The notes under the pieces are model-generated. The model was not told where the DNA came from, ran no database searches, and worked only from the letters and a program-made list of their open reading frames with translations. DNA of 64,000 nucleotides, taken from an uncultured archaeon. GTDB lineage: Archaea > Altiarchaeota > Altiarchaeia > JAFGQM01. Below, in pieces: positions 18,548 to 28,619 of the stretch; position 1 is the stretch's first letter, and every line of letters begins with the position of its first letter. The stretch covers positions 22,179-86,178 of the forward strand of contig CAZUDQ010000007.1 of the NCBI GenBank assembly GCA_964619365.1. Direction: 5' to 3'. A program made the position numbers and the translations under genes.

Positions 18548-19345
18548 ATGAAGACTCCAGCTCTATTTGCAATAATATCTATTGCTGTTTTGGCATTAAG
18601 TGGTCTTGTTGCTGCAACTTGTCCAGGCACAAGCGGAGATTGGGCAGATGACACTTATACCCACTATGACTGTGTCCTTTTGAAACCCTCAGAGGGTTAT
18701 GAAATTGACTATTCTAACTTGAGTGTACACGAAGTTAATGCTATTGAAGGTGACGAACTTTACATTTACTGCACTAAGACTGATAACATTGGTACAAAAA
18801 CCGAAAATCCGTTATCTAGTGCATATGTGGGTATACAGGGTTATGATGAATTTGAATTCTTAGTGTTTGACGAATCTGGAAGTACTGATAAAAACGGCAT
18901 TTTTAAATTCAGTCCACCATACCCTGGAAGTTATAGGATTATAATTAATGAGTGTGATTATGATTCAATCTTAAAAGTTTCGCCCCGTCCGATAATCTGT
19001 GGAGACGATATCTGCGAAGGCGATGAACACTGGGGTACTTGCCCAGAGGACTGTGACTCAGGAGCTGATGACACTTATTGCGACATGGTCGAAGACGGAA
19101 TCTGCGACCCTGACTGTGATGAGATAACAGACATAGACTGCAAAGAGGTTGTAGTAGTTGAGGAGGAAGTTGTCATAGTATCACGCGGACCGACAGGAGC
19201 CATTGTTGCAAGCGAACTGACTTTACTTGAAACAGAAGCAAATGAGGGTGGAATCCTTAGTTTCTTAAGAGGCATTGGAAGCCCTGTTGCAAAGCAGGAG
19301 GCTTCAGGCTTAATGCTCTTTTTGATGGGCTTTTTCGGCGGATAA
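18548..19345 (+). CDS. Secreted/surface protein with Cys-rich acidic module
   Basis: Signal peptide; Ig-like segment; CGDDICEGDEHWGTCPEDC and DGICDPDC motifs; PTGAIV stalk motif. Confidence 0.65.
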   Translation: MKTPALFAIISIAVLALSGLVAATCPGTSGDWADDTYTHYDCVLLKPSEGYEIDYSNLSVHEVNAIEGDELYIYCTKTDNIGTKTENPLSSAYVGIQGYDEFEFLVFDESGSTDKNGIFKFSPPYPGSYRIIINECDYDSILKVSPRPIICGDDICEGDEHWGTCPEDCDSGADDTYCDMVEDGICDPDCDEITDIDCKEVVVVEEEVVIVSRGPTGAIVASELTLLETEANEGGILSFLRGIGSPVAKQEASGLMLFLMGFFGG

Positions 19346-19371
19346 GTGTTTTTCCGCGCGCGTCTTATATT

Positions 19372-19749
19372 TTACTTATAGACTTCTTTTGGGTCAAAGA
19401 CTTTTTGACCTATAATCTTTAAATCGTCTAGCTTGCGGTAAAAACAGCTGGAGTAGCCCATGTGGCAGGCGCCGCCCGTTATGGAACAGATGTAAAGCAG
19501 CGCATCAGCGTCGCAGTCAACACGCGCCTCACGGACTTTCATGACGTTCCCCGACTCTTCGCCTTTTTTCCAAAGCTTGTTTTTGGATGTCGAGAAAAAA
19601 TACATCTCGCCGGAGTCTTTTGTGAGATTGAATGCCTCCTTGTTTTGAAAAGCAGTCATTGCGACTTCCCCCGAGTCTTCGTTTTGAACTATAGCTAAGA
19701 CTAGCTCTGTCCCGTCGATATTCCGTTTCTTTAAGTCTTTCCAGTCCAT
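19372..19749 (-). CDS. hisI: Phosphoribosyl-AMP cyclohydrolase
   Basis: LWKKGEESGN, DCDADALL, ACHMGYSSCFY. Confidence 0.95.
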   Translation of the reverse strand: MDWKDLKKRNIDGTELVLAIVQNEDSGEVAMTAFQNKEAFNLTKDSGEMYFFSTSKNKLWKKGEESGNVMKVREARVDCDADALLYICSITGGACHMGYSSCFYRKLDDLKIIGQKVFDPKEVYK

Positions 19750-19792
19750 AGGTATAGTTTATCTGCTAATTGTTATAAAACCTGGGATAGAA

Positions 19793-20239
19793 CTAAATCC
19801 TTAAGTTAAAGATTATAACTTTCTGTCCGTCAAGAATCCCATCCGAGTCCTTCTCAAATCCGGATGAGATAAAGAACTTTTGCGCACTGGAATTTTCAGC
19901 CTTGACTTTTGACACGGCCACTTTTGCGCCAAGTGCTTTTGAATAATCAAGAGTATGCTTAAGGAGCGCCTTTGCAATGCCTTTCTTGCGCAAAAACCCC
20001 TCTACACCAACGGGTCCGATTTCGATAAACGGCAGGTGCTCATAGTTTACTCCGCAAAAGCCGACTAAGAGTGAATCCTCCTCTGCAACAAACATGGAAA
20101 AGCGAGGATGAATCGACATCTGTATCAGAAAATCCGGGTTTACCGGGTACTGGAAATGCTCAAGGTTCTTGTTGCTTAGCTCGGCAAGCGCCACTGCGTC
20201 TTTTGGCAAGAATTCGCGGATAGTGTAGTCCTTAGGCAT
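19793..20239 (-). CDS. GNAT family N-acetyltransferase
   Basis: LVGFCG, RKKGIAKALL acetyl-CoA motif, NSSAQKFFISSGF. Confidence 0.85.
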   Translation of the reverse strand: MPKDYTIREFLPKDAVALAELSNKNLEHFQYPVNPDFLIQMSIHPRFSMFVAEEDSLLVGFCGVNYEHLPFIEIGPVGVEGFLRKKGIAKALLKHTLDYSKALGAKVAVSKVKAENSSAQKFFISSGFEKDSDGILDGQKVIIFNLRI

Positions 20240-20240
20240 T

Positions 20241-21026
20241 TTAGAGCCTCATGGGGATTCCTTCTTTTGAGAGGTACTCCTTAACGTCTTTTATCGAGTA
20301 TTCCCCAAAGTGGAATATTGATGCGGCAAGAGCAGCATCGGCCTTTCCTTCCTTAAGGGCTGCGGCAAGGTGTGCAGGTTCTCCCGCGCCGCCTGAAGCG
20401 ATGACTGGGATTGATACGGCCTCGGATATTGCGCGCGTGAGTTCTAGGTCATAACCTGTTTTTACCCCGTCAGTATCCATTGATGTAAGGAGTATTTCGC
20501 CTGCTCCAAGCCGCTCAGCTTCCTTAGCCCATCCCAAAGCGTCAATACCAGTGTCTTCGCGCCCACCGTAAATCCAGACGTTCCATCCAGGACCTTCCTT
20601 GGGGGTTACATCGCGCCTTTTGGCATCAATTGCAACGACGATGCACTGATCGCCAAACTTCCTTGAGCCTTCACTAATTAGCTTTGGGTTCTTTATTGCA
20701 GCAGTATTTATCGAGGTTTTATCTGCTCCTGCGCGAAGGGCTCGCTCCATATCAGTTACAGTCCTAATCCCGCCGCCAAGCGTTACCGGAACAAAAACAC
20801 GCTCAGTTGTGCGCTTAAGGACGTCCCACATAGCCTCACGGCGCTCGTGGCTTGCAGTAATATCAAGAAAGGTGATTTCGTCAGCGCCTTCATTATAATA
20901 GAACTCTGCGCGCTCTACAGGGTCGCCCGCGTAGCGAATCTCCTTAAACTTTACCCCCTTGACAACGCGCCCGCCAGGAACCGAAAGGTCGCAATCAAGA
21001 CAAGGGATTATCCTTTTTTTAAGCAT
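20241..21026 (-). CDS. hisF: Imidazole glycerol phosphate synthase cyclase subunit
   Basis: [46 protein letters not shown]; start at ATG 21026. Confidence 0.96.
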   Translation of the reverse strand: MLKKRIIPCLDCDLSVPGGRVVKGVKFKEIRYAGDPVERAEFYYNEGADEITFLDITASHERREAMWDVLKRTTERVFVPVTLGGGIRTVTDMERALRAGADKTSINTAAIKNPKLISEGSRKFGDQCIVVAIDAKRRDVTPKEGPGWNVWIYGGREDTGIDALGWAKEAERLGAGEILLTSMDTDGVKTGYDLELTRAISEAVSIPVIASGGAGEPAHLAAALKEGKADAALAASIFHFGEYSIKDVKEYLSKEGIPMRL

Positions 21027-21073
21027 CTTAAAAACAGCGTCTATTTTTGTCCTTTTGGAGATAAAACTAAGTA

Positions 21074-22765
21074 ATGGCAAGGCCGAAGGCTAAAAAGAGT
21101 GGGAATGCACCCAAAAAACTACAAAATCGGGCAAGAGTAGTTAGTTTGGATGGGGTATTCAGGCGCGCTGGAAAAACCGCGCCATTCAAGAACTCGTTGA
21201 CCTTCAGAGAGGCACTTAGAAAAGACTTAACACGATCTGTTGATGAGATTGAGCGACATGGCAGTGTAGATCAAGAACAATTACCGATAGGTCTTGCTAC
21301 ATCTCTAGAAACTAAGCGAAGGATTAGGGTTGTAGAAGAGAATGCAGCCAATGATACATGGATAAAAAATATGAAAGATGGGCAACATCCTTATCGAAAA
21401 AATAAAAGGACACTCTTGCCCGAAACTGGCATAGTGAAAATAAATGGCCAGGAGCATTATACGACAGGAAAAATCATATCTATGGCGGGCTCAAATTCTC
21501 CGTTTAAATCTCCCCAAGAACTCACGGAATATATCCGAAGGCTTCGACTCCGTACAGAAAAGCTTTCAGGCGGTGAATTCCGTCCATTAGGCTTGCCAAA
21601 GCTAAATGGTGTTAAAAACTATTCCAAAGGCAAACGAAAAAACGCAGGGCTTGTTGTTGAGGGGAAAAAGGCTAAGAAATGGATTTTAAAGTTGTCCCAG
21701 GGCGTTAATCCCTTAAATTCTAAAGAGGCGCTTCCAGGTAGATGGAAAAACTCCAACGGTGAAAAATATAGTACATTAAGTCATGCCGAAAAAGGGACTA
21801 ATATACCTCATGACACTATGAGGGGGGCAGTATTAAGACATTTTGACAGCACTAGAACCCTTCCGGAAGGTGTTGAGGAAGTAAACTGGGGCAAGACTAA
21901 GATTTTTTTGATATCTGACGGAAGACTTGCTTTATGGGGGGAAAGATATTCTGCCGGGATGAATCTAATAAAACCTGGAGAAAAGATTAAGGCTCAGGCT
22001 CAGTTTGTTGATGAAAACGGTAAAAAAATCTGGAAAGATGCAATTAGGCTAAGGGATACTGGTGAAGTTACTGGGGGAGTTTTAAGTAGAGATAGTGTAG
22101 CTTCTGCAATAAAGGGGGAGAGAATACCAAAAAGGTATATAGGTAGAAATAGTCTTTTTCCTAGGATGAAGTTCGTAGATAAAAAATATCTTGAAGATAG
22201 TGCAGAAAGGAAGAAAAATGGCAAACTTCCATATCATATTGAACAGAAAAATATTTCTCTTGTTTCAAAAAATTCAGGGGAAAAGTTTCGGCCCGTCTCC
22301 AATATTAAGGAACTCAGCAACGGCCACATAAAGAACTCGAAAGAATTCAATCTACTACGACGAAGAGGTAGAATACCAGATAGCGAAGTCATAGAGTATA
22401 AGGATGGAGGGAAAAGGTTAGCCATTTCAGAAAGATTTCTAAGCCTTATGACACAAAGAGATAAAAGGGGATTAACTTCAGTTCCGACAAAGGCTGAGAT
22501 AGAACTGCACGGGCATGGAATGAGTGATGTTGGAAGCCCAGAATGGGCAAAGGATAACAAGGGCGCATTCAAGCAGTATATTGAATTGGAATCTGCCATA
22601 AAAGCCAATAATCTGGGACCTGCTGAACTAAAGCGAAATCTAAGGGAAAGAAACAAGCTCCTAGAGGATATGGGACTAAACTTAAACAACAATAGGCGTG
22701 ACCCAGATGAAGTTATACTTCAAGGCCTGAATTTTTTAAGGGACTCTGAAAATCTAACAACTTAG
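21074..22765 (+). CDS. Large basic orphan protein with HTH-like repeats and GSPEWA C-terminal domain
   Basis: 563-aa open frame, very K/R-rich; C-terminus similar to downstream gene. Confidence 0.55.
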   Translation: MARPKAKKSGNAPKKLQNRARVVSLDGVFRRAGKTAPFKNSLTFREALRKDLTRSVDEIERHGSVDQEQLPIGLATSLETKRRIRVVEENAANDTWIKNMKDGQHPYRKNKRTLLPETGIVKINGQEHYTTGKIISMAGSNSPFKSPQELTEYIRRLRLRTEKLSGGEFRPLGLPKLNGVKNYSKGKRKNAGLVVEGKKAKKWILKLSQGVNPLNSKEALPGRWKNSNGEKYSTLSHAEKGTNIPHDTMRGAVLRHFDSTRTLPEGVEEVNWGKTKIFLISDGRLALWGERYSAGMNLIKPGEKIKAQAQFVDENGKKIWKDAIRLRDTGEVTGGVLSRDSVASAIKGERIPKRYIGRNSLFPRMKFVDKKYLEDSAERKKNGKLPYHIEQKNISLVSKNSGEKFRPVSNIKELSNGHIKNSKEFNLLRRRGRIPDSEVIEYKDGGKRLAISERFLSLMTQRDKRGLTSVPTKAEIELHGHGMSDVGSPEWAKDNKGAFKQYIELESAIKANNLGPAELKRNLRERNKLLEDMGLNLNNNRRDPDEVILQGLNFLRDSENLTT

Positions 22766-22892
22766 TTGGAGAAAGAAAACCTCTAAGGGCCAATCCTATT
22801 TTGTTATTTAGTGCTTGTCTTTTTGAGTCTATTTTTCTTCTTTTAGAGATAAATGTACATAACAACGTTGCCCATGTTCTCAAGTAAAAATA

Positions 22893-23630
22893 ATGAAATT
22901 TAATCGGCATAAACCTGGAATCTGGCTCAATGAAAAGGGCATTAAACATTATTCTGTTAAGGAGGCAAGCAAGGTATCAGGCGTTCCAAATACCAAGCTG
23001 AATAATAAGATCCAAGGTAGCAAGCAAAAAGAAGGGAAACTCCCGGCTAACGTCCATCAGATTCAGACGAATGGGCGTCGGTCCCTATATGTCATTAACG
23101 AAAATGAGCTCACCTTGTGGAAAAGTGAACATGAGGCAAGCATCAAGCGCTTAAAACAACGGGCTGAGAAGAAAGCTCTTGACGAAACAAAACGTAAAGA
23201 TAAGTTGGTCAGAAAAGCGACTGTTTCAGGGATTCGGGCAGCATTTAAGTCAGATGCTGCGCATAATGAGCTTGCACGTACTGATAGGACCCTTTCCAAA
23301 CGGTCCCTTGAAATAGCTAAGGCGCGCATTAGTTACAAGGTTCCTTCGTTTCTAAGCCCAAGAGAAATCGTCAATAGGCACCCAGGGAGCCCGGAATGGG
23401 CCGAATTACATGAAGAAAACATTCCTCGATTATTGGAAACCAATAAGAAGGTACATGAATTATCCCTCAGACTCAACAAAACGCACGATGAAAAGATTAA
23501 AGTGGAATTAAATGGGATGATGGAAAAGCAGGAAAAACTCCAGCAACATATGAATCTTTCCAGTAGTAATGAGAATCCTAGTGAGATTGCCCTCAGTGGG
23601 CTAAAAGCTCTACGAATGAAAAATAATTAA
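22893..23630 (+). CDS. Basic orphan protein with N-terminal excisionase/MerR-like HTH and GSPEWA C-terminal domain
   Basis: HYSVKEASKVSGVPNTKL HTH-like segment; PGSPEWA...PSEIALSGLKALR. Confidence 0.55.
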   Translation: MKFNRHKPGIWLNEKGIKHYSVKEASKVSGVPNTKLNNKIQGSKQKEGKLPANVHQIQTNGRRSLYVINENELTLWKSEHEASIKRLKQRAEKKALDETKRKDKLVRKATVSGIRAAFKSDAAHNELARTDRTLSKRSLEIAKARISYKVPSFLSPREIVNRHPGSPEWAELHEENIPRLLETNKKVHELSLRLNKTHDEKIKVELNGMMEKQEKLQQHMNLSSSNENPSEIALSGLKALRMKNN

Positions 23631-23710
23631 ATAAGAGCAGTCTATGTTTTTTAGACCGCCCTTCAAAATATACGCTTAGTATTACTAGACTTAAGCGGGT
23701 GGAAAAGTAA

Positions 23711-24304
23711 ATGGATAAGAAAAAGATTCTTGAGGCTCTTGCTTCGGCTGGCGTCGTTCGTTTTGGCGAATTCACTTTAGTTTCAGGTGACAAAAGTCCG
23801 ATATACGTTGATATGAGGATTCTGCCATCTTATCCAAAAGAGTTTGACACTATAACCAGCGCTCTTGCCGACGAGGCAAAAGACAAAGGGACTGAAATCC
23901 TGTGTGGTATGGAAACAGCCGGGATTCCGCTTGCCGCCGCAATGGCTGTCAAAGCAAAGCTTCCCATGGTATACATCCGGAAGAAGCCAAAGGATTATGG
24001 CACAAAATCACGTATTGAAGGGATTATCGGTGAAGGTAAAAAAGCGCTTCTTGTTGACGACTTGATAACGCGCGGGACAAGTAAATTAAGCTTTATTGAC
24101 CCTGTAAAGGACTCAGGAGCCGAACTTATCGGCGCAATTGTAATACTTGACCGTGAACAGGGTGGGGAAGACGTCATGATGGAAAAGGGCGTAAGCCTCT
24201 ATAAGCTTGTGACGCTAAAAGAGCTTCTTTCCTATATGCTTGAGAAAAAACTAATGACGGAAAAGCAATATGAAGAAGTGATGCAATATTTAAGTTCAAA
24301 TTAA
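23711..24304 (+). CDS. pyrE: Orotate phosphoribosyltransferase
   Basis: FGEFTLVSGDKSPIYVD, YIRKKPKDYGT, LLVDDLITRG PRPP motif. Confidence 0.95.
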   Translation: MDKKKILEALASAGVVRFGEFTLVSGDKSPIYVDMRILPSYPKEFDTITSALADEAKDKGTEILCGMETAGIPLAAAMAVKAKLPMVYIRKKPKDYGTKSRIEGIIGEGKKALLVDDLITRGTSKLSFIDPVKDSGAELIGAIVILDREQGGEDVMMEKGVSLYKLVTLKELLSYMLEKKLMTEKQYEEVMQYLSSN

Positions 24305-24320
24305 TTAATCGCATCTAAAA

Positions 24321-25319
24321 ATGAAATCGGCAAGCGCTTATGTGATAGGCGGCTCGGGATATACAGGAGGGGAACTCCTGCGAATGCTTGGAGAGCATCC
24401 GAATATCGGCGAGATTTTTGTCAGCTCGCGCTCTTTAATCGGAAGGGACGCAAGCGAAATCCATCGCGGACTCCCGCCGGGACTTTCCTTTGAGGATTTC
24501 GACGCAAGTAAGGCTGACTCCTGCGACTTTGTTTTTACATGCACGCCACACACAAAGGCAATGGAATTCTCAAAAAATATAAAAAAAGCAAAGATAGTCG
24601 ACCTTTCAGCAGACTTCCGTTTAAAGGACTACAAAATCTATGAGGATACATATAAGGTCAAACACAGCGCTAAAGAACTTCTCGGCGAGGCAGTATACGG
24701 CCTTCCGGAGATTCACCGAAAGGAGATAAAAAAGGCGCGCATTGTAGCAAATCCCGGCTGTCTTGCATCAGGTGCCATACTTGCGTTATATCCTCTTGCA
24801 AAAGAATTCGGGGCAACAATAGAACGTGTGGTAATAGACTCAAAGACGGGAATTTCCGGAGCTGGAAAGGAGGCAACTGATGACACTCATTTTGCATGGG
24901 TAAACGAAAATGTGCGCCCATATCAGGTCACATGTCACCGTCACGTACCTGAAATCGAGCAGGAGTGTGGCATGGGAGTCCATTTCACGCCTCACGTCGT
25001 ACCTTTGACGCGCGGAATACAGACTACGCTTCATGTGTTTACCGAAGCTGATGATGTCGCGATAATTGAGGCGTATGAAAAAGCCTATGCAAACGAGCCG
25101 TTCACACGCGTGACAAAATACATACCGACGCCCCTTGAAGTGCGTGGCAGCAATAACTGCCTTGTCGGAGGGTTTGCACGGGATTGCGAGCGTTTCCTAG
25201 TCTTTTCTGCAATGGATAACCTTGTAAAAGGCGCTTCAGGCCAGGCAATCCAGAACATGAACATCATGGCTGGCTGGGATGAGACTCTAGGACTTGAGAC
25301 CTGCGGACTTTGTCCATAA
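24321..25319 (+). CDS. argC: N-acetyl-gamma-glutamyl-phosphate reductase (ArgC/LysY family)
   Basis: GGSGYTGGEL, DLSADFRL, VANPGC, SGAG, DNLVKGASGQAIQNMN. Confidence 0.92.
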   Translation: MKSASAYVIGGSGYTGGELLRMLGEHPNIGEIFVSSRSLIGRDASEIHRGLPPGLSFEDFDASKADSCDFVFTCTPHTKAMEFSKNIKKAKIVDLSADFRLKDYKIYEDTYKVKHSAKELLGEAVYGLPEIHRKEIKKARIVANPGCLASGAILALYPLAKEFGATIERVVIDSKTGISGAGKEATDDTHFAWVNENVRPYQVTCHRHVPEIEQECGMGVHFTPHVVPLTRGIQTTLHVFTEADDVAIIEAYEKAYANEPFTRVTKYIPTPLEVRGSNNCLVGGFARDCERFLVFSAMDNLVKGASGQAIQNMNIMAGWDETLGLETCGLCP

Positions 25320-25397
25320 ACTATATTAGTTAAGGTTCAAAGATAGTTGAAGCTTATTTATATAATATCCGCAGATATCTTACATGAGAAAAATAAG

Positions 25398-26720
25398 ATG
25401 GACTCTAAATCTATCATGGCTCTTGCCTGCGTGAGCGCTCTAGTTTTTGTAATGGGTGTCTCAGCAAGCGAGGTCGAAACAAAGGTCGGGGAAGTTATAG
25501 TATATCCCCAGTCAGTGTCCTTAATCAAGGAGACAGGGACTACTGGAACGGGAACGCAGTTTTTGACAAAAGTAAACGGCAATGCATATATTGATTCCCT
25601 AAGAATAGTTGGGGCAAGTGAAATATCGATTATGACTCCGGAATGGATGAGCCAGAGTATATCTGAGCAGATTCTTAGTCAGTTAATCGGAGAGCAGGTT
25701 ACTGTTGGCAACAACTCAGGGACACTTAAGTGGACAAAAAGCTCATGGGTTGGTTTGTTATCCCCAGTCGGCTTTATCTCAATGCCACTAAGTTCTGATG
25801 ATATAACATCAATCGGCGAGATTGCCGAGCCAAAGAATTATAAGGATGCAAAATATGATGTAAACTGGCTTGGAAGCGCAAACAGCCCGGTTGCAATGAG
25901 CTACCTTTCAAGCGGCCTTTCATGGGAGCCAATCTATTTCCTTGACGCAACAGAAACAGGAGCCTCGCGCTTTGAGTTCTGGGCTGAAGTTGATAACACC
26001 CTAGAAGACCTTGATGCGACAATCAAGCTTGTCGGTGGTGAGATAAACGTTTACAACACTGGAAGCAACAGGGCTTCGATGGACTATGATGACGGAATGT
26101 ACTACGCTGAAGCCGCAATGGCTCCAAGTCCAAAGATGGGAGGAGGCAGCGCACCTACAGTCTCGACAAGTGGAGAATATGAGGTCTATGACCTTGGCAA
26201 GCGCGCGCTTTTAAAGGATGAAAGCCGCCTGGTTTCAATCTTTGCCGGAGCTGTAAACCCAGTGCGTGAATATGTCTGGGATACCTATAGCAGCGATGTG
26301 GAGAGGAACTATAAAATTGAAAACACGGGCCGCGCGTGGCCGGCAGGTACAGTCAAAGTCTATGAGAACGGAATGCTCATGGGCGAAGACTCGATTAGCT
26401 GGACAGCAAAAGGCGCTGATGCCGATATTGTAATAGGGAACGCTCCAGACATAGTTGTCGAGAAGAAGACAGATTCTTCAAACGTCAACAAACGCGACCT
26501 TGGAAGCGATGACTACGGTTACAAAGTGACTTTAAGCATCGAGAACAACAAGGCGCAGTCGGTGATAGTCTCAGTTACAGACCACATCCCAAGTTATATC
26601 ATGGAAGGCACACTAACAATTCCGGCAGAGCTCGAACAGGCTCCAGGAAACGAACTAGTTGGCAATGTGACTGTTGGGTCAGGGCAGACAAAAGAGATTG
26701 TATACACATACATGACATAA
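25398..26720 (+). CDS. Secreted DUF4139-domain protein
   Basis: Signal peptide; SYLSSGLSWEPIY, WPAGTVKVY, VSVTDHIP patterns. Confidence 0.7.
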   Translation: MDSKSIMALACVSALVFVMGVSASEVETKVGEVIVYPQSVSLIKETGTTGTGTQFLTKVNGNAYIDSLRIVGASEISIMTPEWMSQSISEQILSQLIGEQVTVGNNSGTLKWTKSSWVGLLSPVGFISMPLSSDDITSIGEIAEPKNYKDAKYDVNWLGSANSPVAMSYLSSGLSWEPIYFLDATETGASRFEFWAEVDNTLEDLDATIKLVGGEINVYNTGSNRASMDYDDGMYYAEAAMAPSPKMGGGSAPTVSTSGEYEVYDLGKRALLKDESRLVSIFAGAVNPVREYVWDTYSSDVERNYKIENTGRAWPAGTVKVYENGMLMGEDSISWTAKGADADIVIGNAPDIVVEKKTDSSNVNKRDLGSDDYGYKVTLSIENNKAQSVIVSVTDHIPSYIMEGTLTIPAELEQAPGNELVGNVTVGSGQTKEIVYTYMT

Positions 26721-26736
26721 GCATCGGCTCTAAAAC

Positions 26737-26802
26737 TTAAAGTAAGAAAATCTTACCTCGCATCATCCCCCAGATGGGTGGGGTAAGAAAATCTTACTTT
26801 AA
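26737..26802. repeat. Long inverted repeat built from two copies of the palindrome GTAAGAAAATCTTAC
   Basis: Copies at 26742-26756 and 26783-26797; outer arms TTAAAGTAAGA/TCTTACTTTAA are perfectly complementary; followed by T-rich tract. Confidence 0.75.
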
Positions 26803-26870
26803 TATTTTTTTCTTTTTTACTCTTTTTCTTTTAACAAGTTTTTACATTCCTAACCCTTAGATTAAGCGCT

Positions 26871-28619
26871 ATGGAATTCTTGGCTGTTGCAGAGGCGTTT
26901 GACAAGCTTGAGGCTACCGCATCCCGCCTGGAGATGACAGATATCCTAGCTGAGCTCTTTAGTTCTGCCCCCCCTGAAGAAGTGGGTAAGATATCTTATC
27001 TTTGCCTTGGGCATTTTGGTCCAGAATATGACGAGCGCGTCTTGGGTCTGGGGGATAAGATTATGCTCAAGGCGATTGCCATGGCAACGCACAGATTAGC
27101 TTCAGACGTCGATAAGAAGTTTAAGGAGCTTGGCGACCTGGGTCTTGTTGCAGAGGATATGATGAGTTCTGGAAAGGGCTTTTCCCTGGCTGCATTTACA
27201 GGTGAGAAAAGGGATAAGATAACTGTATCGCGGCTTTTTGCATCACTTGATAAAATTTCGAAGGCGTCCGGGCAAAAAAGCCAGGACCAAAAAATTAAGC
27301 TTATTGCAGGTCTTCTTGCAGACGCTAGTGGCACTGAAGCAAAGTATATTGTTAGAATCGGCCTTGAGACTATGCGCCTTGGAACGGCTGTCATGACCCT
27401 TCTTGATGCTCTTGCCCAGGTCTATTGCGGCGACAGAAAAGAACGTCCAAAAATAGAGTGGGCCTATAACATATCAAGTGATATCGGACTTATTGCAACG
27501 ACTCTTGGGACTGGCGGCCTTAAGGCCGTTGAGAAAATAGAACCCACTGTCGGGCGCCCGATAAAGATGATGGCGGCTCAAAGGGTAACTGAGCTTGAAC
27601 TCATCCCTGAAAAGATGCCAAAGTACGCAATAGAAGGGAAGTATGACGGCGAGCGGGCCCAAATCCATAAAGACGGCAGTAGTGTAAAGATATTTTCCCG
27701 AAGGCTTGATGAGATAACAGACCAGTATCCTGATGTCGTCGAGTACGTAAAATCCGGAGTCAAGGAGAAATCTGTAATTCTTGAAGGGGAGATTGTCGCA
27801 ATCAAGGGTGAGAAGCTAATGCCCTTCCAGTACCTCATGCAAAGAAAACGAAAGTATGACATAAGGGAATACGTAGCTAAGATTCCTGTAAAAGTATTCC
27901 TCTTTGACGTCCTTTACGCAAAAGGCAAGAGTGTTATGGGTAAGAATTACCCCGATAGAAGAAAACTGCTTGAAGATATGGTCGTCCCTTCAAAAAACCT
28001 TGGAACTTCAATCAGAATAATTCCAAATAACCTTGAGGAAGTCCAAGACTTCTTTGAAAAAGGCCTTGCCCATGGTACTGAAGGCATAATGGCAAAGTCG
28101 CTTGGGGAGGATTCCATTTACCGTGCAGGCGCGCGTGCATGGCTTTGGATAAAATGGAAAAAAGATTATCTTGAGGGGGAAATTGATACTTTTGACCTTG
28201 TCCTGCTTGGTGCTATTAAGGGTACTGGAAAAAGGACGGGGAAATACGGAACTGTAATTGCCGCGACTTGGAACCCTGAACGTGACATCTTTGAGAGTTT
28301 CTGCAAAATTGGGACAGGCTTTACTGATGAGACGCTTGACGGCATGCCTGAGAAATTCAAGAAAATCGAGACTAAAAATAAGCCTAAAAACGTAGAATGC
28401 GAGCTTGATGCCGACATCTGGTTTGTGCCTGAGATTGTCCTTGAAGTATCTGGCGCTGAGATTACTGAGTCCCCACTTCATGCGTGTGCCAAGACCGAAC
28501 TTAGAAAGGGTCTCTCGCTTCGTTTCCCACGCTTTAAGCAGTATAGGGAAAACAAGTCTGCAGAGCAGGCGACAACAACTGCTGAAGTGATATCAATGTA
28601 TGAAGGTGCAAAGAATTAG
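26871..28619 (+). CDS. lig: ATP-dependent DNA ligase
   Basis: EGKYDGERAQIH, EGIMAKS, WIKWKKDY, SLRFPRF. Confidence 0.97.
   Translation: MEFLAVAEAFDKLEATASRLEMTDILAELFSSAPPEEVGKISYLCLGHFGPEYDERVLGLGDKIMLKAIAMATHRLASDVDKKFKELGDLGLVAEDMMSSGKGFSLAAFTGEKRDKITVSRLFASLDKISKASGQKSQDQKIKLIAGLLADASGTEAKYIVRIGLETMRLGTAVMTLLDALAQVYCGDRKERPKIEWAYNISSDIGLIATTLGTGGLKAVEKIEPTVGRPIKMMAAQRVTELELIPEKMPKYAIEGKYDGERAQIHKDGSSVKIFSRRLDEITDQYPDVVEYVKSGVKEKSVILEGEIVAIKGEKLMPFQYLMQRKRKYDIREYVAKIPVKVFLFDVLYAKGKSVMGKNYPDRRKLLEDMVVPSKNLGTSIRIIPNNLEEVQDFFEKGLAHGTEGIMAKSLGEDSIYRAGARAWLWIKWKKDYLEGEIDTFDLVLLGAIKGTGKRTGKYGTVIAATWNPERDIFESFCKIGTGFTDETLDGMPEKFKKIETKNKPKNVECELDADIWFVPEIVLEVSGAEITESPLHACAKTELRKGLSLRFPRFKQYRENKSAEQATTTAEVISMYEGAKN

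Noticed and set aside
22853-22903. Possible frameshifted 5' extension of the 22893 gene (MYITTLPMFSSKNNEI)
   Set aside because: Short out-of-frame ORF with no homology evidence; cannot be supported without reads
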